Of a DNA stretch of 32,000 bases, positions 26,481 through 32,000 are shown in pieces. Numbering within the stretch: position 1 is the stretch's first letter; every line of letters starts with the position of its first letter. This DNA comes from Dehalococcoidia bacterium (lineage in GTDB: Bacteria > Chloroflexota > Dehalococcoidia > Lucifugimonadales > Lucifugimonadaceae), in the NCBI GenBank assembly GCA_965219065.1, contig OZ244715.1:123939-155938 (forward strand), written 5' to 3'. Under the pieces are notes generated by a model, which did no database searches, was not told the origin of the DNA, and saw only the letters and a program-made list of their open reading frames with translations. The translations under genes were made by a program, and so were the position numbers.

Positions 26481-26641
26481 TTGTAGTACCTTTTTCTCCC
26501 GTGGGATATGAAATTACCGGGCTGTCGAGCGCGATGAGAGTATCGTACGGGCGCGAGGTATGCGGCTCAAGTCGCGTTTCTCGGGAATCCCATTAGCCCA
26601 CGATCTACCGCCACATATGAAATCTGACAGGAGCCTGAATA

Positions 26642-27298
26642 ATGAAATTGATGCTGGTTACGAATCCGCCGGGGACCGGCGGATCCCACAAGTGGGAAGA
26701 GACGACGCCGTCTCTCGAAGGAATCCTGCAAGAGGCCGGTCACACCGTGAATGTCACGAGTACAGGCGAGGAGCTGGCCCGGCCGGACATGGCAAGCTAC
26801 GACGCTATCTTGCTGAACATGTGGCGTAACCCAAGATTCGGAGTCGACCTCGAGGAGGCTGAACGGGACGGTCTGCACGCGTTCGTATCGAAGGGCGGAG
26901 GTCTGATTTCGATCCACGTCTCCCCTGACTCGTGCCCATATTGGCCGGCGATGCAGGAAATGACCGCCGGCGGCTGGGTTACCGGCAAGAGCACACATCC
27001 TCCGCTCATGACGTTCACTGTCAGAGTCACGGACCCAGACAACCCGTGTGCCGCGGGCGTGGAAGACTTCGAGACCTGGGACGAACTCTATATCCAGCTA
27101 AACGTGTCGCCTCGGGCCAACGTGTTTCTGCACTCCGAGTACGAGGGAACGGACTGGCCGCTCGGCTGGACGGCGACCTACGGCAAGGGCCGCGTATTCA
27201 ACACGGCGCTGGGTCACGCCGCCGCCAGCCACAACGCCGGATTCAGGCAGTTACTGATGAACGGTTTGGCGTGGGTAACCCATACCGGGCCTGGATAG
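26642..27298 (+). CDS. ThuA domain-containing protein
   Basis: 218 aa. YDAILLN, GGGLISIHV and the RVFNTALGH pattern are typical of ThuA-like class I glutamine amidotransferase-like proteins. Confidence 0.82.
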   Translation: MKLMLVTNPPGTGGSHKWEETTPSLEGILQEAGHTVNVTSTGEELARPDMASYDAILLNMWRNPRFGVDLEEAERDGLHAFVSKGGGLISIHVSPDSCPYWPAMQEMTAGGWVTGKSTHPPLMTFTVRVTDPDNPCAAGVEDFETWDELYIQLNVSPRANVFLHSEYEGTDWPLGWTATYGKGRVFNTALGHAAASHNAGFRQLLMNGLAWVTHTGPG

Positions 27299-27361
27299 AG
27301 ATACAGGTTGACGATCCTGGGCAGTGAAGACGGTATGGGGTGAGGTTCCCCCTGCCTTCAT

Positions 27362-27618
27362 GTCACCCTGAGCAACGCCGCAGGGTCTGGCGGGGCGTGG
27401 AACCGCACGCAACCCTCGTCGTCCCCGACCCCTCCAACCGTCTTTCCGGCGGAGGCCGGCACGACGGTGGAAGTGTGTGGGTTTGCCTGCCGGTTTAGCG
27501 CGGTGCGGGTTCGGGGTGACAGCGATTGGCACCGCGGGTCCGCGTTGGAAGGGTTGTAATCGCGGTTTGCGCGTAGCCCTGCGCCCCCAGGTTCCGGATC
27601 AGGTCCGGAATGACGGAG
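27362..27618. repeat. mosaic of GC-rich hairpin repeat modules (at least four families)
   Basis: 27362..27387 gtcaccctgagcaacgccgcagggtc. 27438..27467 ccgtctttCCGGCggagGCCGGcacgacgg. 27473..27509 gtgtgtg..cggtttagcgcggtgcggg. 27571..27588 gcgtagccctgcgccccc. 27592..27618 TTCCGGAtcaggTCCGGAAtgacgg. Confidence 0.6.
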
Positions 27619-27632
27619 AGGGGGCGGCGCGG

Positions 27633-28958
27633 TCACAGGGGGCCGACTGACACTGACAGCAAGTTGCGGAGCGGTATTCTGATTTCGCCGGGGTCTCTGC
27701 GGTCGCGCGGGGTGTCGTCCGGCGGGTCTTCGTCGGGTGGGCCGAGGTGGATTTTCCTTGGTTTTTTCCTAGGCGGCGGCGTAGGCGCGGGAGGTCCTTC
27801 GGCTTCGCTCAGGATGACATGGGAGGGCTCGGAATCACGCTCGGTTGAGGGGTGTGTGAGTCCGCGGGCTGGTTTGAAACCAGCCCCTACAGGGGGGTCA
27901 TGGGCGCGTTCGGGAGTGATCGACGAGGGAGGGTCCGGGTCATCAGGGGGTTTGTCGTCGTCATTGGCCAGTAGGTGGCGGCTGCGTTCCAGGTACTGGA
28001 GGGCACGGGGATCGAGAGACGCCGTGTCCGCCGGGGCGGCAAGACTGCCATCTTCGTTTATGAAGTGTTTGAATTTTCGCCTGTGGTATTCCGCCACGGC
28101 CTTGTTGATTGCTCTGATTGCATTGTTGTTCTGGAATCCGATGCGCAAGACTTTGTACCCGTAGCAACCTTTGCCATAGGGGTCGTCCTCTGGGTTTTCG
28201 ATCGGGGAGTAATCGTAGTCGCCGATGTGTCCTGCGGCGCGTGACTCGCGCGCCAATTCGCGGGCTGTGTTGAGAGCGACTTCCCGGGCTTCTTCGCCGC
28301 CGAAGATGTGGAGTTCGGCCCTGTGTCCCATCCTGTCTCGTATGTAATCCTCACGGTCGTAGTTGTCGAAGTCGAACGGGTCGCCGTCATCGTTGTACTG
28401 TTTGGCGTTGTGGCGCGTCTGGTTTTCAATCCGTTCCTGAGATATGGGATCGTCGTCCCTGTCCTGGTCGTCGTCGTCGGTGTCCACGTGGGTGTTGTAG
28501 AAACCGCACCGGAGGAGTTCTTTGGCGGATGCGACACGGTGGCAGGGCTTGAAGCCGTCGAGGTTGCCGTGCATGACATCGACGAGGAAGCGGACGATGT
28601 CTCTGCCGTCGGAGGTTTCCTGCATGACGATGTCTGCGAGGTCGTCGTTTCGAGGGGAGTTGCCGGAGGCGCGTGACGGCGCGCGGCCGTTATCCGATTG
28701 GGTGACGGCTTTTAAGAATTCTTCTGCTTCTTTGGATCCGAGTTTGGCGAGTTGGACTGCGGCTGCGATACGGTGGCACATCTTGGCGTCTTCGACGCGG
28801 TTGAGCATGACATCGTGGAGGAAGTTGATGATGGTCCGGCCGTTGTCGGTCACCTCGCGTACGATTTCGGCGAGGGTTGGCGGCTGGTCTTCGGTCTGGG
28901 TTTGGGGTTCGGTGGCGAACATGTGTTCTAAGATAACGGGTGTGGGGGTTGGGGTCAA
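27633..28958 (-). CDS. orphan acidic hypothetical protein with an internal ~45-aa tandem duplication; the C-terminal ~95 aa are encoded by repeat modules (start TTG 28958 or ATG 28922)
   Basis: Strong C-ending third-codon-position bias on the minus strand. Duplicated motif DGRTIINFLHDVM...CHRIAAAVQLAKLG / DGRDIVRFLVDVM...CHRVASAKELLRCG. No recognisable catalytic motif. Confidence 0.6.
   Translation of the reverse strand: MTPTPTPVILEHMFATEPQTQTEDQPPTLAEIVREVTDNGRTIINFLHDVMLNRVEDAKMCHRIAAAVQLAKLGSKEAEEFLKAVTQSDNGRAPSRASGNSPRNDDLADIVMQETSDGRDIVRFLVDVMHGNLDGFKPCHRVASAKELLRCGFYNTHVDTDDDDQDRDDDPISQERIENQTRHNAKQYNDDGDPFDFDNYDREDYIRDRMGHRAELHIFGGEEAREVALNTARELARESRAAGHIGDYDYSPIENPEDDPYGKGCYGYKVLRIGFQNNNAIRAINKAVAEYHRRKFKHFINEDGSLAAPADTASLDPRALQYLERSRHLLANDDDKPPDDPDPPSSITPERAHDPPVGAGFKPARGLTHPSTERDSEPSHVILSEAEGPPAPTPPPRKKPRKIHLGPPDEDPPDDTPRDRRDPGEIRIPLRNLLSVSVGPL
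27793..27890. repeat. two hairpin repeat modules embedded in the 3' coding part of the orphan ORF
   Basis: 27793..27818 ggtccttcggcttcgctcaggatgac matches the reverse complement of the 27362 module at 19/26 positions. 27866..27886 is a perfect 10-bp palindrome GGGCTGGTTT-g-AAACCAGCCC followed by CTAC. Confidence 0.6.
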
Positions 28959-28990
28959 CGGGGGGATGGCGGGGTTGGGAGGAGGTGCCG

Positions 28991-29342
28991 TGTGTGTACG
29001 GTTTAGCCGCGCCCCTCCTCTCCCAACGGGCGCCCACGATAGACGCCCCTACATAGGGTGTTGGGGTGCGAGGGTGTTTGTTGGATTCGCGTGTTTCGGA
29101 TGTAGCCGCGCCCCCCATGGGTACCGGATCGGGGCCCGGCAATACGGGGGAGGGGTGGGTGCGCCTGGCGGTATTAGGTGGTGGGAGTTCGGGTGTGGCC
29201 GCGCCCCGCCGACCCCCACCATGGGTACCGGTTTTCACCGGCACGACGATAGTGTGTGTATGCCGGACAGGTTTGGAATTACGGTTGGAGGTGGCCTATA
29301 ACCGATTCCGCCCGCCCAAGAGTTGGTTGTAGGGCGCGGCTA
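28991..29342. repeat. repeat field with three direct copies and one inverted copy of the T(A/G)GCCGCGCCCC core
   Basis: The cores are at 29004..29015, 29103..29114 and 29196..29207 (spacings 99 and 93 nt), each preceded by a GTGT..CGG motif. The inverted copy gggcgcggcta is at 29332..29342. CATGGGTACCGG occurs at 29116 and 29220, and a GGGCG..CGCCCCTAC hairpin at 29028..29052. Confidence 0.6.
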
Positions 29343-29436
29343 AGGTCCACAACTGAAAGCTACAAGGGGCCAGAGCGAGCACCTGGGGACGATGTATGAT
29401 CGTCTTGGCAGCCTGGCTACTAAGAAGGAGAGAGCA

Positions 29437-29619
29437 ATGGACACGTATGAGTACATCGTGGATCGAGGGGACGATGCCAGCAAAATGGAAGATGCTTTGA
29501 ATCTAGCGGGGCAGGGTGGATTCAAGCTTGTGTGGATGAAGTTAACAGGAGTAGCAGACACATCCTACATTGCTGTTCTTGAGCGCAAGAAAGCTAGCAA
29601 CAAGAACATTGTCGTTTAG
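29437..29619 (+). CDS. DUF4177 domain-containing small protein
   Basis: 60 aa, MDTYEYIVDRGDDASKMEDALNLAGQGGFKLVWMKL..., matching the YEY...LN..G.eGWeLV pattern. An AAGGAG SD lies 7-8 nt upstream of ATG 29437. Third-position GC is lower than in the core genes. Confidence 0.7.
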   Translation: MDTYEYIVDRGDDASKMEDALNLAGQGGFKLVWMKLTGVADTSYIAVLERKKASNKNIVV

Positions 29620-29644
29620 GAAAGACGATGGAATTGTTGAGCCC

Positions 29645-29679
29645 TCACCCCGGCCCTCTGCCACGAGGAGAGGGGGTGA
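29645..29679. repeat. GC-rich hairpin repeat module (CCCTCT..AGAGGG type)
   Basis: TCACCccggCCCTCTgccacgaggAGAGGGGGTGA. It translates as PHPGPLPRGEG at the N-terminus of ORF 29628. Confidence 0.5.
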
Positions 29680-29690
29680 CGCGGAGGCCG

Positions 29691-29870
29691 ATGATCGACT
29701 TCGGTGGCGACCAATCTTATGAACCGACGACCCGATTTACTGACGATCAGGATATGCACGGCCACATAGAGGACTCTGCCGATGTCAAAACCGACGTTCA
29801 CATCGCCGCGGAAGAGATGGCAAAGGCGTGCCATTGCCCGAATATGATGATCCTGGGCGCAATGAGATGA
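29691..29870 (+). CDS. possible small hypothetical protein (59 aa)
   Basis: The internal ATG at 29691 of ORF 29628..29870 follows GGAGG, but the spacing is only 3 nt. The upstream 21 codons are repeat sequence. No recognisable motif. Confidence 0.3.
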   Translation: MIDFGGDQSYEPTTRFTDDQDMHGHIEDSADVKTDVHIAAEEMAKACHCPNMMILGAMR

Positions 29871-30065
29871 GCACCCTCAGTTCCGATCATCGCGCAAGGG
29901 CCAAAACGACTAACGAAACTGCCGTGCGCTATTAGCACTGTCAACGGGTACTAGACAGCACGTAATCAGGATGCCTGACGCAACTTCAGAGACGGACTCA
30001 TCACAGTACACTCATACATAATATGGTGCGTCACAGTTTGACGTTCCAGTGAAGGACGGACTGCA

Positions 30066-30599
30066 TTGTTCCTAAAGTTATTACTAGCAGGCTTCGTTGC
30101 TATCTTTATAGCGTTTGTTATTACCCTTGATTTTACGGACCCAATTATCCCAAGTTGGAATACATTTCATCAGGACGAATTACCTTCTACCACCGAAATG
30201 AACGGCGCGAAGGCCGCGATACTGGCCATGGTGGGAGCCGCTACTTTGTTCATAGGGTTCATACCATCCAGACGCAGCACTGATAGAAGAATCGATATGC
30301 TTTTGCGAGTAGTTGGCGCTGCCGCGGTTGGAGCGACTGGGTGGTTTTGGTTGTTGAGCGCGACGGATGGAAAATTCGGCCCTTACCTAATTGCCGTAGT
30401 GCCATCAATGGCACTAGTCACGTGTGTGCTCATACTCAATGTTAGTCTCAGTCTTGCATATAACCAAGACGAGAAACAGATCAAGAATACAGGTAAGGCA
30501 AAGCTGACTTGGCATACCGTAATTTTGGGAATAATCATGATACTCGCGTTAACATTAATATTTTCCGCCATGATTTTCCTACCACGATGGATTTTTTGA
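30066..30599 (+). CDS. AT-rich integral membrane protein (about 5 TM helices), unknown function
   Basis: 177 aa. The TTG start has a GAAGGA SD 9 nt upstream. Hydrophobic segments include LKLLLAGFVAIFIAFVITL, AAILAMVGAATLFIGFI, LLRVVGAAAVGATGWFWLL, YLIAVVPSMALVTCVLILNVSL and VILGIIMILALTLIFSAMIFL. Confidence 0.7.
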   Translation: MFLKLLLAGFVAIFIAFVITLDFTDPIIPSWNTFHQDELPSTTEMNGAKAAILAMVGAATLFIGFIPSRRSTDRRIDMLLRVVGAAAVGATGWFWLLSATDGKFGPYLIAVVPSMALVTCVLILNVSLSLAYNQDEKQIKNTGKAKLTWHTVILGIIMILALTLIFSAMIFLPRWIF

Positions 30600-30651
30600 A
30601 CCTGGATTACAGAACGACTAAGAAACAAACAAGTCCTTAGGCCCCCTAGAC

Positions 30652-32000
30652 TCATAGCCGCCCTCCCCCCAACAACCGCCCGACCACATCCTCCACGGCC
30701 TGCCCATCGTCCGACTCCCGTAGCCACTTGCGTAACTCCCGTCGGGCGATGGTGACCGTGACCCGATCGCGTTCTTTCCGCAGCAGTTTCAATTGTTCCG
30801 CCGTGCCCGCCGCCGCCGCTTCGCCGGCCTCGGAAATCTCAACGTGGAGTGGATCATCTGCGTCGAACCCCGGGATCGGCAGCTTCCACAAGTGCTTTTG
30901 CAAATGGCGCGCGCCGAATTGACCTTTAGCCATTAACGGAGTTACTGCCCCATAAAGCGTGTCGCTGTTGATGATGGCGAGGAGATAGTGGGCCTCTTGC
31001 GTATCCTCGCAGGCAATCCAGAATAGATTGAAGTCAACAATAGCTTTATCGTCGTGAAGCAGAGCCGCCGTCGGTGCGCCTGAACCACCGTACACGACTC
31101 GGACGGGCCTATTTCTAGGAGACTTCCTCCACTCCAATTGAGCTGATAACTTCTTGTAGTGGTCCAAGTTTGCCAGCAGGTCGAGTTTGTTGTGTCGTAG
31201 CTTATTCTCCTCCCACAGTCGACTAACGGTCTGCCAACGGGCGCGCATTCTTTGGCTCAATGCTCCTAGATTTACACCTCCCACTCCTTCCGTATCGGCG
31301 GGGAGACCGGCGGCACTCTGCTTGAGGGGCAGGACTGCCTTGAGTGGGGCGAGAGTCGCATAGGGGATTAAAGTCTCTCCCAAATGGACATCGAAGACGT
31401 GTTGACACTCAATGGTTTGTTCGGTAATGGAGGTAAGATTGAGGCCGCGCCAAGGCTTTTTATCCTGAGAGCCGCGGCGAGGGTTTACAGTGATGGTCTG
31501 ACCTGCCCATACTGCAGCCGGGTTGACAGTCTGTTCTACAAAGAACAAGCAACGAGGATAGATGTCTGCTCCCTTCCGGGAATGGCTATCGTAAGGCGAA
31601 ATAGTGTTAGCCGACGTGTCGGTCATGGGAATTGGAACCCGTCGGACATTGGACGCGCCCGCCTTTCCCAGCCACCGTTCCACCTCACATACCAGCTGCG
31701 TCGCTTTTCCATATTCGCCAGTTCGCCCCGCAAATATCACCGACGCAGGGACCGGGAAGAATGTGTTGGGTTCCAGCTTTTCCAAGTCCCACGGCGTCTT
31801 ATAACCGAAGTCCATCGTCAAGGTGCGCCCACTGCGTCCCGCTTGCCATGTACCAGTGCGCCATTTCGCGTATTGACCGGTCTGAAGCGCACTGTGGGGC
31901 ATTACCATGCCAATGCGTCCACCATCTTTCAGGTATAAATCGGTACAACGAGCATAGAACAGACCTGCTATATCCTGAACCGCAGCATATTTGCCGCCAG
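30652..32000 (-). CDS. N6-adenine-type DNA methyltransferase / type IIG-like enzyme, C-terminal part with TaqI-like specificity domain (5' end beyond the window)
   Basis: My translation shows the frame is open upstream of Met 31908 to the window edge (..GGKYAAVQDIAGLFYARCTDLYLKDGGRIGMVMPHSAL). This is the post-NPPY L..GG..g.v.P pattern of gamma-class MTases. The C-terminal region AHYLLAIINSDTLYGAV...HLQKHLWKLPIPGF is typical of TaqI-like TRDs. Confidence 0.8.
   Translation of the reverse strand, partial: GGKYAAVQDIAGLFYARCTDLYLKDGGRIGMVMPHSALQTGQYAKWRTGTWQAGRSGRTLTMDFGYKTPWDLEKLEPNTFFPVPASVIFAGRTGEYGKATQLVCEVERWLGKAGASNVRRVPIPMTDTSANTISPYDSHSRKGADIYPRCLFFVEQTVNPAAVWAGQTITVNPRRGSQDKKPWRGLNLTSITEQTIECQHVFDVHLGETLIPYATLAPLKAVLPLKQSAAGLPADTEGVGGVNLGALSQRMRARWQTVSRLWEENKLRHNKLDLLANLDHYKKLSAQLEWRKSPRNRPVRVVYGGSGAPTAALLHDDKAIVDFNLFWIACEDTQEAHYLLAIINSDTLYGAVTPLMAKGQFGARHLQKHLWKLPIPGFDADDPLHVEISEAGEAAAAGTAEQLKLLRKERDRVTVTIARRELRKWLRESDDGQAVEDVVGRLLGGGRL

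Noticed and set aside
27592-27618. SRP RNA-like string CAGGTCCGGAA (resembling the 4.5S RNA domain IV motif)
   Set aside because: The flanks do not form the conserved helix 8 or the symmetric and asymmetric loops. The sequence is a member of a dispersed hairpin repeat family with a second copy at 1084..1111.
28991-29342. Possible CRISPR array, because of core repeats spaced 93-99 nt apart
   Set aside because: The conserved core is only about 12 nt and degenerate. The spacers share motifs with each other (CATGGGTACCGG, GTGT..CGG), and one copy is inverted. No cas genes or leader are present, and the period is too long for repeat plus spacer.
29628-29690. N-terminal 21 codons of the 80-aa ORF (MELLSPHPGPLPRGEGV...)
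   Set aside because: This stretch is the translation of a CCCTCT/AGAGGG hairpin repeat module. If the ORF is real at all, it more likely starts at ATG 29691.
29932-29940. CIRCE-like half site TTAGCACTG
   Set aside because: The required inverted partner GAGTGCTAA 9 nt downstream is absent, and the site is not upstream of any chaperone gene.

Overview
High-GC (about 60% by eye) bacterial chromosomal window. The gene content points to a Chloroflexota-like, SAR202/Thermomicrobia-type heterotroph; this is an inference from LLM/F420-type oxidoreductases, amidohydrolase-2, FAH, SDR, AKR and Gfo/Idh/MocA genes plus GC-rich hairpin repeats. Gene order: a SAM methyltransferase with its 5' end off-window; a minus-strand heat-shock operon in the unusual order hspR-grpE-dnaK with a HAIR-like operator; a divergent 56-aa zinc-ribbon ORF that is missing from the ORF track and has a textbook terminator; DUF503 and an MBL hydrolase; and a long catabolic block (HpcH-type aldolase, SelA/DgaE-like PLP enzyme, two LLM oxidoreductases, amidohydrolase-2, FAH, TIM-barrel isomerase, a family-5 SBP and two permeases with no ATPase, AKR, SDR, Gfo/Idh/MocA). 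Then come a FolM-like reductase-queD-queC-methyltransferase operon, a membrane-anchored molybdopterin oxidoreductase, hyi and thuA. The most unusual part is 27.3-32.0 kb. Dense fields of several GC-rich hairpin repeat families flank an orphan acidic 441-aa ORF whose C-terminus is translated repeat sequence. A compositional break follows near 29.34 kb into an AT-richer island with a DUF4177 protein, a small ORF, a 177-aa multi-TM protein and the 3' part of an N6-adenine-type DNA methyltransferase with a TaqI-like specificity domain that continues beyond the window. No rRNA, tRNA, CRISPR array, integrase or transposase was seen. I could not identify a complete, clearly novel multi-gene system. 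The best candidates are the repeat-bracketed orphan gene and the truncated methyltransferase island.
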